Below, piece by piece: positions 1-9,412 of a stretch of DNA of 64,000 nucleotides. The notes under the pieces are model-generated. The model was not told the origin of the DNA. It saw only the letters and a list, made by a program, of their open reading frames with translations, and ran no database searches. Position 1 is the stretch's first letter. Every line of letters starts with the position of its first letter. The DNA comes from Thermoplasmata archaeon. GTDB taxonomy: Archaea > Thermoplasmatota > Thermoplasmata > Lutacidiplasmatales > UBA184. The DNA lies in NCBI GenBank assembly GCA_052326305.1, contig JBKQPJ010000008.1, positions 28,498-92,497 of the forward strand. Direction: 5' to 3'. Both the position numbers and the translations under genes were made by a program.

Positions 1-362
1 GCCGCCACATTCGCGCTGGCCGACCGCTCGTTGCGCTCGGAACACTTACTCACATTTGTGAGTGAGGGCTTCCTCTGGTCGCGCCCGCCCTCGGCTCTGG
101 GCTTCTGCCCCTTGATCTGCGCCCGCTCGAGATCGATGCGCACATCAGTGTCTTTTCGCAAGCCGGGGTAGGGGTGCGTACACGTCCGGAAGGAAGGCAG
201 ATTCTCCGGATGACCTGCCCGAGAGATAACTGCCAGGCGGAGTTCCTCGGTTGTTTCGGGGCCGACCTCTAATGTCCGATACGCCGGAAGTGGATCCGGA
301 CTGAGTAGTCCCACTCAAGAGACGGGCCCGATGGGTCCTGAGCCGGGGAACTGTTAAGTCGG

Positions 363-860
363 GTGGCTGGTCCGGTGGGCCCGCAGGACCCCCAGTACAT
401 GGCGGAATCGCGCGAACCTAATCCCACAGAAGCCCAGGTACAGGAGGACCTGATCCGGCTCGATGCCTACCGCTCCCAGCTGAACGGCCTCATCCAGCAG
501 CACCAGATCCTGATCGCGTCGCGCCAGGACCACCTCCGGGCGCGGGAAAGCCTCGAGGGGATCGACCGATCGTCGGCGGGCGACGAGATGCTCGTCCCGC
601 TCGGCGGAGAGGCGTTCGTCCGGGGCCGGGTCCATCGGGACGCTCCCATCATCCTCGGGATCGGTTCGGGCGTCGCGGCCGAGATGGACCGGTCGAAGGC
701 GGCCGAGGTCATCGCCGAGAGGATCACCCGCATCGAGCAGGCGGTCCGCGATATCGAGGGCCAGATGGGGTCGGTCGACGAACGGATCCAGCTCCTCTCC
801 CGCCGCCTCGACGCCGCGTCGCGCTCCTCGAGGGCGCCGTCCGATGTGGGCCGCGATTAA
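363..860 (+). CDS. pfdA: prefoldin alpha subunit (GimC alpha)
   Basis: 165-aa translation has the coiled-coil / two beta-hairpin (LVPLGGEAFVRGRV...ILGIGSGVAAE) / coiled-coil layout of archaeal prefoldin alpha. Sits directly upstream of ftsY, as in many archaea. Confidence 0.7.
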   Translation: MAGPVGPQDPQYMAESREPNPTEAQVQEDLIRLDAYRSQLNGLIQQHQILIASRQDHLRARESLEGIDRSSAGDEMLVPLGGEAFVRGRVHRDAPIILGIGSGVAAEMDRSKAAEVIAERITRIEQAVRDIEGQMGSVDERIQLLSRRLDAASRSSRAPSDVGRD

Positions 861-1881
861 GGCCCGCCTTCGGCGCTCGAGCGAACCCGAGCCGTCCTCT
901 CCCGAAGCCACGCCGCCCTCCCCTCCTTCTCCCGGGGGATCGTCGACCGCCGCCTCCTCACCGGGCCGGCCCTCCGCGGGGCCGGGCGAGGATTCGGCGC
1001 TCTTTGGAGGCGGCGTCTTCGCTCGTCGGCTCAAGGAGGGAACGATCGACGACGTGCTCGACGACCTCGAGATCGTGCTGCTGCAATCGGACGTCGCGCT
1101 CCCCGTGATCGAGCGGCTGCGACGCGACCTCGTCCGGGAGCTCGCAGGCCGCAAGCTCAAGTTCGGGGTCGACGCCGAGGAGGCGATCCGCGTCTCGCTC
1201 GAGCGGTCGGTGCGCTCGATCCTCGGCCGGACCTCGCTCGACCTCGGGGCCGCGATCCGCGCCCACGTGCCGAAACCGTACATCATCCTGTTCGTCGGCG
1301 TCAACGGCACCGGGAAGACGACGACGGTGGCGAAGTTCGCGGGCTGGCTCCGGGCCCAGGGGTTCTCGAGCGTCATCGCCGCGGGCGACACGTTCCGGGC
1401 CGGGGCGATCGAGCAGCTCCTGACCCACGGCGAGCGCCTCGGCGTCCGGGTCGTCCGGCAGCAGGAGGGCTCCGATCCCGCCGCGGTGGCGTTCGATGCC
1501 ATCGCGCACGCCAAGGCGAAGGGGATCGACGTCGTGCTGATCGACACCGCCGGCCGGCAGCACACGAACGAGAACCTGATCGAGGAGGCGAAGAAGATCC
1601 GGCGCGTCGCCGCGCCGACCCTGACGCTGTTCGTCGGCGACGCGCTCTCGGGCAACGACGTCGTCGAGCAGGCGCGCCTGTTCGACCAGGCGCTCGGGAT
1701 CGACGGTCTCGTCCTCACGAAGCTCGATGCGGACGCGAAGGGCGGGGCTGCTCTCAGCGCCTCGTTCGTCACGAAGAAGCCGATCCTGTTCGTCGGCCTC
1801 GGCCAGGGGTACGCCGACCTCGCTCCGTTCGACGCCGACTGGATGGTCCGGCGCCTGTTCACGGAGGAGGCGGCCGGTTGA
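844..1881 (+). CDS. ftsY: signal recognition particle receptor FtsY (SRP GTPase)
   Basis: GVNGTGKTTT P-loop, DTAGRQ motif and LTKLDADAKGG G4/G5 motifs identify the SRP54/FtsY GTPase family. An N-terminal acidic/Pro-rich A-domain is followed by the NG domain. Confidence 0.9.
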   Translation: MWAAIKARLRRSSEPEPSSPEATPPSPPSPGGSSTAASSPGRPSAGPGEDSALFGGGVFARRLKEGTIDDVLDDLEIVLLQSDVALPVIERLRRDLVRELAGRKLKFGVDAEEAIRVSLERSVRSILGRTSLDLGAAIRAHVPKPYIILFVGVNGTGKTTTVAKFAGWLRAQGFSSVIAAGDTFRAGAIEQLLTHGERLGVRVVRQQEGSDPAAVAFDAIAHAKAKGIDVVLIDTAGRQHTNENLIEEAKKIRRVAAPTLTLFVGDALSGNDVVEQARLFDQALGIDGLVLTKLDADAKGGAALSASFVTKKPILFVGLGQGYADLAPFDADWMVRRLFTEEAAG

Positions 1882-2630
1882 CGGTCCATCTCGACGTCGT
1901 TCTCGTCCGGCCGAAGGAGGACGGCAACGTCGGCGCCACTGCCCGCGTCGCCCGGAACTTCGGGGCGGAGCGCCTGATCCTGGTCGCGCCCCGCGCCCGG
2001 GTCGGCTCCGAGGCCCGGCGCCGGGCGATGGGCGGCCTCGCGCTCCTCACCTCGGCGGTCCGCTCGCCGTCGCTGGCCCCGGCGGTCGAGGGCGCCGACC
2101 TCGTCGTCGGCACGACCGACCTTTCGACGGGCCGGTCTACCGCCTACCTCCGCCGCTCCGTCAGCCCCGAACGGCTCGGGGAGATCGCGCGCACGCTCGA
2201 GGGGCGGCTCGCCGTCGTCTTCGGACCGGAGGACAACGGCCTCTCGCGCGAGGAGCTCGCGCTCTGCGACCTCCTGGTCCACATCCCCGCCCGTCGGGAA
2301 TTCCCGACGCTCAACGTCTCGCACGCCGCCGGCGTGGTCCTCTACGCGGTCCACCGCGCCCGGGGTCCGGCCGATCCCGAGACGACCCCCGCGCCCGAGA
2401 TCGTCGAGATGAACGGGCGCGAAAAGGAGCTGTTCCTCGTGCGTCTCGGCGAGCTCCTCGCCCGCACGCGCTACCCGGCGCACAAACGACGGGGTTTAAT
2501 CCTCCTGTTCCGTCGCGTCCTCGGCCGGGCGACGCCTTCCGAGGCGGAGTACCGGATGATGCTGGGGCTCCTGAGGAGCGTCGGCACCACGCTGGACCGG
2601 GGAGTTCCGGATGGCAAGCGAAGAAGGTGA
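1878..2630 (+). CDS. SpoU/TrmH-family RNA 2'-O-methyltransferase (SPOUT)
   Basis: TTG start overlapping the ftsY stop (TTGA). The N-terminus VVLVRPKEDGNVGATARVARNFGA and later GPEDNGLS...HIP motifs are typical of the SPOUT TrmH/TrmJ family. Confidence 0.7.
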   Translation: MTVHLDVVLVRPKEDGNVGATARVARNFGAERLILVAPRARVGSEARRRAMGGLALLTSAVRSPSLAPAVEGADLVVGTTDLSTGRSTAYLRRSVSPERLGEIARTLEGRLAVVFGPEDNGLSREELALCDLLVHIPARREFPTLNVSHAAGVVLYAVHRARGPADPETTPAPEIVEMNGREKELFLVRLGELLARTRYPAHKRRGLILLFRRVLGRATPSEAEYRMMLGLLRSVGTTLDRGVPDGKRRR

Positions 2631-3024
2631 TTGGCTGCGCGTGCGCGGCATCGGGAGAGAGCGGTTCGCCGGGTACCTCGTCGACTACCTCCAGACGCTC
2701 GGGTACTCGGTGGAGCGGGAGGAGTCCGCCGACACGCCGGTGAGCCGGATCCGGGGACGCCTCGAGCGGATGAACCCCGCCGTCCCGCCGGCCGCGGGCC
2801 TGCTCGTCTTCCGGCTCTATCCGACGAGCGGGGGCGCCGCGGTCGTCTGGGAGAGCCCGGTCGCGATACCGGCCGAGGAGCACGAGCGCATGGACCGCCT
2901 CGTCCGGGAGCTCACGAGCCACCTCGAGCGGGCGATCCACACCGAGAGCCATGCGACCGCGAAGATCGTACGTCCGACCGAGCCCCGGCTCCCCTGGACG
3001 TCCCCCAAACCGGGCGGCAGTTGA
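2611..3024 (+). CDS. hypothetical protein
   Basis: Non-repetitive 137-aa ORF with varied composition in an otherwise empty interval. No recognisable motif. Confidence 0.3.
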   Translation: MASEEGDWLRVRGIGRERFAGYLVDYLQTLGYSVEREESADTPVSRIRGRLERMNPAVPPAAGLLVFRLYPTSGGAAVVWESPVAIPAEEHERMDRLVRELTSHLERAIHTESHATAKIVRPTEPRLPWTSPKPGGS

Positions 3025-3342
3025 GCCGCGTACGCCCTCCTTCCTCGAACGGCGTATAACCTCGAACACGAGAGCTTTATCCTCGGCGTCGCGCCTCGGA
3101 CGACCCTCGGGGGGTCCCCGCATGGGCTTCGTGCGCCGTCTGCGATCCGCCCGCGGCGGGGTGCTGCTCGATGGGGTACTCGCCCTGGGGGTCGTTCTGG
3201 TCGGGGCCTCCGTGCTGGCCCACTTCGGCCTCACGTTCACCGAGATCCTCCGGGGCGCCGGCCGCTTCTTCGGCCTCTGAGCGGCCGCTCGCGGGCGCGG
3301 CTGCCGCCCCGCCGCCCGGCCCGCCTTCGCCTCCTCGGCAGG

Positions 3343-3350
3343 CTTATAAA
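3343..3350 (+). promoter_or_regulatory. TATA box (cttataaa) about 30 nt upstream of the L15e start
   Basis: AT-rich octamer in a GC-rich background at -37 to -30 of the ATG at 3380, which is archaeal TATA/BRE-like spacing. Confidence 0.45.
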
Positions 3351-3379
3351 CGGCGCCCGGGTCCCCCGCGCCGCCCTCG

Positions 3380-3994
3380 ATGTCGACCTCCTCCTACCGT
3401 TACATGTCGCGGTCGTTCCGCCAGACGATGGGCCCCGAAGGGGCCGCGCTGCGGCACGAGCGCCTCTTGACCTGGCGGCGGGAGCAGACCGTCACTCGGC
3501 TCGAGTATCCCACCCGCCTCGACCGGGCCCGCGCCGTCGGGTTCCGAGCGAAGGGCGGCTATTTCATCGTCCGAGTCCGGGTCCGCCGCGGCGGCCAGGG
3601 GAAGCGGGCGATCATCGCCGGGCGCCGCCCGAAGCACAAGGGGATCCTCCAGATGACGCTCAACAAGAGCATCCGCCGGATCGCCGAGGAGCGGGCCCAG
3701 AAGCACTACCCGAACCTCGAGGTGCTGAACTCCTACTGGGTCGGCGAGGACGGCAAGCAGAAGTTCTACGAGGTGATCCTCGTCGATCCCGATAATCCCG
3801 AGATCCTTGCCGACCCGAAGATCTCCTGGATCGCGGCGCCCGCCCAGCGGGGCCGCGTCTACCGCGGGCTGACGAGCGCCGGGATCGAGGGCCGCGGTCT
3901 GCGCTGGAGCGGCAAGGGCGCCGAACGGATGCGGCCGTCCCGCGCGCGGAACCGCCGGTCGACCCGCCGCACGCAGACGAAGGTCATCCCGTAG
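3380..3994 (+). CDS. rpl15e: 50S ribosomal protein L15e
   Basis: RLLTWRREQTVTRLEYPTRLDRARAVGFRAKGGYFIVRVRVRRGG is the L15e signature and the length is right at 204 aa. Confidence 0.9.
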   Translation: MSTSSYRYMSRSFRQTMGPEGAALRHERLLTWRREQTVTRLEYPTRLDRARAVGFRAKGGYFIVRVRVRRGGQGKRAIIAGRRPKHKGILQMTLNKSIRRIAEERAQKHYPNLEVLNSYWVGEDGKQKFYEVILVDPDNPEILADPKISWIAAPAQRGRVYRGLTSAGIEGRGLRWSGKGAERMRPSRARNRRSTRRTQTKVIP

Positions 3995-4008
3995 ACCGGG
4001 GCGATCCC

Positions 4009-4458
4009 CTACGGCTCGGGCGCGTCGACGACCGTCTCGAGCGGCACGCCGAATCGTTCCGCGTTGCGTCGGGCCCAGCCAAACAGCCCCTCGACGTGGA
4101 CGAGCTCCCCCCGGAGGAGGTGCGCGAATCGTCGTCGGTACTCGAGGTCGAGCTCGACTCGGTCGGGGCCGAGGAACTCCCGGAGTCGCCTCGCGAGCGT
4201 CCCACCCTCGGTGTCCCAGTCGGTGAGCACGATCACACGACGGCTCCCGTCGACGAGGCTCTGGGCCGTGCCCGACAGGGTCCGTCCCCGGTGCACGATC
4301 GCGACCGTTCCCGGCCAGCCGAGGCGGCGGACGGACCGTCGGTCCCGTTCGCCCTCGACCAGCACGGTCGTCCCGGGGACCCGCCCCTCGGCGAGGAGCT
4401 TCTGCCAGAGGTCGACGAACTCCTCGAACGCCGCCCGCGGGTCCCGGTCGCGCTGCAT
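4009..4458 (-). CDS. small Toprim-domain protein (RNase M5/primase-like, COG1658-type)
   Basis: Toprim motifs VLVEGERD (conserved Glu) and VLTDWDTEGG (DxD). Start taken at the internal Met (ATG at 4456-4458) because the longer ORF would overlap the divergent gene start at 4556. Confidence 0.55.
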   Translation of the reverse strand: MQRDRDPRAAFEEFVDLWQKLLAEGRVPGTTVLVEGERDRRSVRRLGWPGTVAIVHRGRTLSGTAQSLVDGSRRVIVLTDWDTEGGTLARRLREFLGPDRVELDLEYRRRFAHLLRGELVHVEGLFGWARRNAERFGVPLETVVDAPEP

Positions 4459-4555
4459 CGGTTCCGCCGGCCCCTCCTCCCGTTCGCGGCCCGGTCGGCA
4501 TCCCCGCAGACCGCACACCTCGTATAGTCCCTGCGTACTTCGCGGGCTCCCGGCG

Positions 4556-5215
4556 ATGCCCGACCAGTTCACCCTTCTCCTCGAGTGGAGGCGCAACGAA
4601 GCGGCCGGCCGCGGCCTCGCCAAGCTTCCCCCCGACTACTACGGGGGGACGAGCACGTACCTCCGCGAGCTCCGGCGGTCCTACGAGTCGGACCTCCGGG
4701 AGAACCCGTCGAGCCGGAAGGGGGAGATCTCGCGGCAGACGTACCAGCGGGCCGGCCAGGTCGCCCGCGACATCCTCGAAGGACGGGTCCAGAAGATCCT
4801 CTCGCTCTCGTTCCAGGCGAGCATCGGTGGTGCCCGCGAGCTCCCGAACGCGCTGCCCGAGGAGCGGAGGATGTTCGACGAGCTGCTCGGGACCCTCCTC
4901 GAGTACCGCCGGACCGCCGCCCCGTACCTCGAGCCGTTCGTGGGAACCACGGCGGCGCCCCCCCCCGAGGCCAAACCGGTCGAGCGAGCCCCGGCGCCCG
5001 AACCGACCCCCGCTCCCGCGGCCCGGGCCCCCGGGGCCGCGGGCCCGCTCGCCTACGTGCGGATCCTCGAGGATGGCCATACGGTCGAGGTGGGCGCCGA
5101 CTCGATCGACCTGCGCGCGGACGATCTCCTGTCGCTCCCGCCCGCGACGGCGAAGCTGCTCGTCGACACGAAGGTCGCGGAGCCGATCAAGGCCTCGCTC
5201 CCGCCGGTCCGCTAG
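4556..5215 (+). CDS. GINS-family replication protein (Gins51/Gins15-like), tentative
   Basis: ATG at 4556 inside the longer track ORF. LAKLPPDYYGGTSTYLRELRR ... GRVQKILSLSF ... LPEERRMFDELLGTLLEY resembles the A-domain pattern of archaeal Gins51 from memory. C-terminal Pro/Ala-rich linker. Confidence 0.4.
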   Translation: MPDQFTLLLEWRRNEAAGRGLAKLPPDYYGGTSTYLRELRRSYESDLRENPSSRKGEISRQTYQRAGQVARDILEGRVQKILSLSFQASIGGARELPNALPEERRMFDELLGTLLEYRRTAAPYLEPFVGTTAAPPPEAKPVERAPAPEPTPAPAARAPGAAGPLAYVRILEDGHTVEVGADSIDLRADDLLSLPPATAKLLVDTKVAEPIKASLPPVR

Positions 5216-6357
5216 CGCGCCTCGCCGATCCCGGCCGGGGGCACGGAGAGCTCGAGCGCCCGGAACCGATCGAACCCGAAGAGGAGGTTCTTCACGGCGA
5301 GCCGGAGCCGGACCTCCTCCTCGCTCGACCGGGTCCTCTTCAGCGCGGCCGCGAACAGCTCGGGGAATCCCCAGGCCCCGAGCGCCTCCGCCTGGGAGCG
5401 GAAGGCGGTCTCGACCCATCCGGCGGCCCGGGCGGCGGCCCGCAGCCGGGTGAAGTTGACGAACACCGAGAGGTCCGTCTCCCCGGGCGCGGAGAGCGGA
5501 TCGTCGGCCGCCCGGTGCCGCCGGATCGCCTGCAGCGTTCCGCGCGGGTGCGCGGCGAGGAGCTCGGCCTCGGCCATCCCGTAGTCGAGGATCAGGAACC
5601 GGCCCCCGACGAGGTGGTCGGCGACCTCACGGACGAGCGCCTCGGCCGAGCTCGAGAGCTCGACGACCGTACCGACCTCGGCCTGCTCGGGCAGCGGCGG
5701 TGGGGGGACCGGATCGACGATCTCCTTCTCGGCCGGAGCGATCCGGCCGCCCTCCAGTCGTACCCCGAGCTCGGCCCATCCGCTCGGAGTCCGGCGGAGG
5801 CGTCGGGCGGGAAGCGCGTCCAGGAGCTCGTTCGCCAGCACCACGCCGGCGAACGGCCCCTCCGCGGCGACGGACGCGCTCTCGCGGACGGGAAGGTTCG
5901 CCGCCTCCCCGGCGGCCCGGGCCCGGGCGAGCGCCGTGCGGCGGAGCGCGTTCGATCGCTCGATGAGGACGTACTCGGCGGAGGCGGCGAGCCGCGACTC
6001 CCCGAGCGCCTCCAGGATCCCGGCGGCGAGGCTCCCGTCCCCGGGGCCGAGCTCCACGATCCGTACACGAGCCGACGCGGACAGGCGCTCGCAGACGCTC
6101 CCGATCTCCCGCGCGAGGGTCCGGGCGAAGAGTGGGTGGACGTGCGGGGCCGTGTAGAAGTCGCCCCCGGTCCCGAGGGGCGAGACCTCCCGTTCATAGT
6201 ACCCGAGCCCCGGGGCATAGAGCGCCACGTCCATGAATCGGTCGAACGCGACGAACCCGTCGGGATCGGCGCGCGCGCGGAGCCGGGCGAGGAGGTCGGG
6301 CGCCGGCGTCGGGCTTTCGGCCGGTCCGTTCGTCGTCGGGTCCGGGAGCGGAGCCAC
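5212..6357 (-). CDS. MidA/DUF185-family SAM-dependent methyltransferase
   Basis: DFYTAPHVHPLFA and ELGPGDGSLA motifs with class I MTase core spacing, as in the DUF185 / NDUFAF7 family. Confidence 0.7.
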   Translation of the reverse strand: MAPLPDPTTNGPAESPTPAPDLLARLRARADPDGFVAFDRFMDVALYAPGLGYYEREVSPLGTGGDFYTAPHVHPLFARTLAREIGSVCERLSASARVRIVELGPGDGSLAAGILEALGESRLAASAEYVLIERSNALRRTALARARAAGEAANLPVRESASVAAEGPFAGVVLANELLDALPARRLRRTPSGWAELGVRLEGGRIAPAEKEIVDPVPPPPLPEQAEVGTVVELSSSAEALVREVADHLVGGRFLILDYGMAEAELLAAHPRGTLQAIRRHRAADDPLSAPGETDLSVFVNFTRLRAAARAAGWVETAFRSQAEALGAWGFPELFAAALKRTRSSEEEVRLRLAVKNLLFGFDRFRALELSVPPAGIGEAR

Positions 6358-6378
6358 GGGCCGCGGCCTCCCGCGCCG

Positions 6379-7164
6379 TCAGCCGATGTACCCGACGTCC
6401 TCTCGGGTCGGGGCGGACGTTCCGCCCGACGGCTCACCGGAGCGCTGCTCCACTTCGTGGATCTTCTGCGCGATCCGGTCGATCTCCCGGGCCTTCGCCT
6501 CGAGGGCGGTGAAATCGATCTCCACGCGCAGGACCTTGCCGAGGACCTTGAGGACCGCTTCCGCGCTGTGGGGGTCGACGAAGTACCCGCTCGTCTCCCC
6601 CATGAGGCAGACCCCCTCCATCCCGAACATCCGTCCGAGGCCGAGGAACAGCCCGCTCGCCCCGATCAGGCCGCCGCCGGGGTCGTTGCGGGAGAAGACG
6701 ACGCCGAACTTCTTCATCGCCTCGACCCGGGCGGGGATCGTCGCCGCGCCGAGGACCCGCGGCGTCTCGACCGCGTGGCCCTGGGCGAAGCCGGCGAGCG
6801 TGTAGACCTCCTTGACCCCGAGGCCCGCGCAGTAGTCGAGCACCCGGTCGGTGATCTCGTACTGCCCTTCCGGGCTGATCCCCTGGTAGTCGCCGCCGAG
6901 GACGAGGATGTCGTGCGGGGCGGAGGCGGGGGCCTTCCAGTACGCGAGCTCGTTCGAGACGAGCCGGATCACTCCGGTCTCGCTGACGTACACCTGGGGG
7001 GGGAAGAACTTCGAGTAGATCGTCGCGAGCGGCTTCGTGGGGAGCTGGTCCCGCAGGTAGTCCGCCGCCAGCTTTCCGACGTTGCCGACCCCCGGGAGCC
7101 CTTCGACCAGGATCGGATCGCGGAGCTGGACCTTCTCGAGCGTGCGGATGACGACGTCTTGCAC
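6379..7164 (-). CDS. proteasome assembly chaperone PAC2-family protein (PbaA/PbaB-like)
   Basis: ILVEGLPGVGNVGKLAADYL N-terminus, LVLGGDYQG core, and length and composition typical of archaeal PAC2/DUF75 proteins. Confidence 0.6.
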   Translation of the reverse strand: MQDVVIRTLEKVQLRDPILVEGLPGVGNVGKLAADYLRDQLPTKPLATIYSKFFPPQVYVSETGVIRLVSNELAYWKAPASAPHDILVLGGDYQGISPEGQYEITDRVLDYCAGLGVKEVYTLAGFAQGHAVETPRVLGAATIPARVEAMKKFGVVFSRNDPGGGLIGASGLFLGLGRMFGMEGVCLMGETSGYFVDPHSAEAVLKVLGKVLRVEIDFTALEAKAREIDRIAQKIHEVEQRSGEPSGGTSAPTREDVGYIG

Positions 7165-7228
7165 GACTACCCTCGCGGATACGACCCTCGGCGGGGCGAT
7201 AAAGGTTCGGTGGCGCGGGGGTACGTCG

Positions 7229-7990
7229 CTATCCCGGGGACGAGGGCGCTTCGACCCGCCAGCCCCGCTCCTCGAGCCGGGCCCGCCAGATCCGGGTGAG
7301 GTCCGCGCGGTTCCCGACCTTCTCGACCGAGAGGGTGTGCTGGTGCCGGTCCCCGCGGGGCTCGGCGTGGAGGGTGAGGACGAGGTCGGCGAGGTCCTCG
7401 AGCCGGGTCGTCGTCGCCCGCTCGTGCGAGCTCGAATGGACCGCGATGAGCGCCTGGCCCCCGATCGTCTGGCAGCGGTGCCGGATCTGCCGCGCGACCG
7501 TGAGGACGTCCCGCGGGTCGAGCACCTCGAAGAAGAAGTCGACGGAGTCGACGACCATCCGGAACGGGGCGTCGATCGTCGCGAGGTCGGCGAGCATCCG
7601 GTCGGTGAGGCTGAACGACGGGCGGGCCCGGCCCTCGGGCTCCGGCCGGGTGAGGTCCTCGAGCGAGAGCCCCCGCTCCCGGACCCGGGCGACCTCGAGC
7701 CCGCGGACGAGGACCCGCTCGTAGTACTCGTCCGCCAGGTTGACGACCTTGATGTCGGTCGGGTCCCACCCGAAGTCCTCGAACGCTCCGCGGACGTCGT
7801 CCGTGCGCTCGTACGTCGTGTAGAACAGGACGGGCGAGGTCCCGACGCCGGCGTTCGCGAACTGCTTGGCGAGCAGCGGCGCCCCCGATCCCGACGTGCC
7901 CGAGAGGACGGAGAGCCAGCCGGGACGCAGTGCCGGGCCGATCGGCTGGTCGATCTCGGGGATGTCGAAGATCCGCTGGGCCTCGGACAT
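7229..7990 (-). CDS. KaiC/RadB-like RecA-superfamily protein with degenerate P-loop
   Basis: ATG at 7988-7990 (MSEAQRIFDIPEID...). The RecA-like fold is recognisable (GWLSVLSGTSGSGAPLL in place of Walker A, with no Lys). Stop-start juxtaposed with the upstream gene. Confidence 0.6.
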   Translation of the reverse strand: MSEAQRIFDIPEIDQPIGPALRPGWLSVLSGTSGSGAPLLAKQFANAGVGTSPVLFYTTYERTDDVRGAFEDFGWDPTDIKVVNLADEYYERVLVRGLEVARVRERGLSLEDLTRPEPEGRARPSFSLTDRMLADLATIDAPFRMVVDSVDFFFEVLDPRDVLTVARQIRHRCQTIGGQALIAVHSSSHERATTTRLEDLADLVLTLHAEPRGDRHQHTLSVEKVGNRADLTRIWRARLEERGWRVEAPSSPG

Positions 7991-7992
7991 GC

Positions 7993-8577
7993 TCAGCGGC
8001 CGGCCCGGGCGACGTCGATGGTCTCGTCGACGACGAGGTTCAGCATCTGGTCGATCGCCGCCGCCTCCTCGTCGGTCGTCTCGAGGACGAGCGTGAGGAC
8101 CTGGCGGGTCTTGAGGTTGTTCAAAAGGATGTGGAAGAACTCGGAGAGGAGCTCGGGGGGGTTGTGGATCGCGAGCGAGTTCACGCTGTCGATCACGACG
8201 GTGGTCCGGGGGTGCGGGTAGCGTCGCAGGAGGTACTCGACCCGGAGCATGATCTCCTCCAGCGCCCGCGGGCTCTCGACGTACGTCGCGTTCGCGAGCG
8301 GGTTCGAGTAGTTCATCATCAGGTGGCTGATCGCATCGACGAACGAGATCCGGTCGGGCGTCACGTCGAGCGCCTGGGCGAGCGACCAGACGAACGACGC
8401 CGGGTTCGTCACCGCGACGTAGACGGTGTGGTTGTTCGACTCCGATCCGACGTCGCGCAGCGTCGCGTTCAGGACGGCGAAGTAGTGGTCGGCGTACTCC
8501 CGGGGGTCGAGCTTCAGCGCCACGGCGCTCCCGAGCGGGAGCGCGCGCAGCCGGTCGGCGACGTCGACGGGCGCCAT
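7993..8577 (-). CDS. KaiC/RadB-like RecA-superfamily protein lacking Walker A
   Basis: 194 aa with beta-strand/helix alternation and VVIDSVNSL (Walker B-like) but no GxxxxGK[ST]. Sits 3 nt after the upstream KaiC-like gene. Confidence 0.5.
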   Translation of the reverse strand: MAPVDVADRLRALPLGSAVALKLDPREYADHYFAVLNATLRDVGSESNNHTVYVAVTNPASFVWSLAQALDVTPDRISFVDAISHLMMNYSNPLANATYVESPRALEEIMLRVEYLLRRYPHPRTTVVIDSVNSLAIHNPPELLSEFFHILLNNLKTRQVLTLVLETTDEEAAAIDQMLNLVVDETIDVARAGR

Positions 8578-8580
8578 CCC

Positions 8581-9387
8581 CTACCCGCCCCCGTCCGCGC
8601 CCCGGGCCCCCTTCAGGTGGGGCGCCATGAGCAGGCCGATCGGCGTCAGCTCGATCACGTACTGGGTCCGGGAGTGGGCGGTCCCGCGCATCTTGACGAT
8701 CTGGAGGACCCGGAGGATGTCGCCCATCCGACGATTGTTCCACAGGAGGATCACCCCGTCCACGATCGCCTCCTCGACCCCGTGGGTCGAGTAGCGGCCG
8801 GACTGCGGGCCGATCTCCGAGACGAGCAGGGACGTGCAGCCCGCCTCGCTCAGCCCCTCGCCGAGGCGCAGGAGGAAGTCGCGGATCTGCTCGTCCCGGC
8901 GGATCCGGTAGCAGAGCGAAGTGAGGCTGTCGAGCACGAGCCGCTTGACCCCGAGCTCCCGGACGAGGCTGGCGATCGTCCGCAGCAGGATGTCGATGTC
9001 CTCGGGGGCCAGCTCCTCCCGCTCGAGGCCGAGCTTCCGGTAGATCACGGGAAGGTCGACGAACATCAACGAGCCGTTTGCGACCAGCTCCGGCCGGAAG
9101 AAGTCGAACGTGGAGAGGTTCTGGACCAGCTTCCCCGACGACTCCGTCACGGAGATGAACAGCGACCGCTCGCCCTTCTCCGCCCCCCGGACGAGGAACT
9201 CGAGGCAGAGCGTCGTCTTTCCCGTGCCGACGCTCCCCGCCACGAGCACCATGTTCCCCCGGGGGATCCCGCCTTCGAGGATGCTGTCGAGCCCCTCGAT
9301 CCCCGTCAGGCACCGTTCGAGGGTGGTCGCCGCGCTCGCGAGCTCACGGTTCTCCGAGACGGGGACCGGGCCGGTCGGTGGGTCCAT
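8581..9387 (-). CDS. KaiC/RadB-like RecA-superfamily ATPase (intact P-loop)
   Basis: GIEGLDSILEGGIPRGNMVLVAGSVGTGKTTLCLEF (Walker A), LVLDSLTSL (Walker B). Single-domain KaiC/RAD55-type protein. Confidence 0.8.
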   Translation of the reverse strand: MDPPTGPVPVSENRELASAATTLERCLTGIEGLDSILEGGIPRGNMVLVAGSVGTGKTTLCLEFLVRGAEKGERSLFISVTESSGKLVQNLSTFDFFRPELVANGSLMFVDLPVIYRKLGLEREELAPEDIDILLRTIASLVRELGVKRLVLDSLTSLCYRIRRDEQIRDFLLRLGEGLSEAGCTSLLVSEIGPQSGRYSTHGVEEAIVDGVILLWNNRRMGDILRVLQIVKMRGTAHSRTQYVIELTPIGLLMAPHLKGARGADGGG

Positions 9388-9412
9388 CGGGGTAAATCAG
9401 GCCGGCCCGTGC

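Noticed and set aside
4585-7299. 904-aa plus-strand ORF spanning the MidA and PAC2 loci
   Set aside because: Antisense to two well-supported minus-strand genes. Its Arg/Gly/Pro/Asp-dominated composition is typical of GC-driven spurious ORFs.
7229-9313. 694-aa minus-strand ORF treated as one gene
   Set aside because: Only its C-terminal 253 aa (from ATG at 7990) is plausible protein. Upstream it runs out of frame through the two KaiC-like genes that occupy 7993-9387 in another frame.
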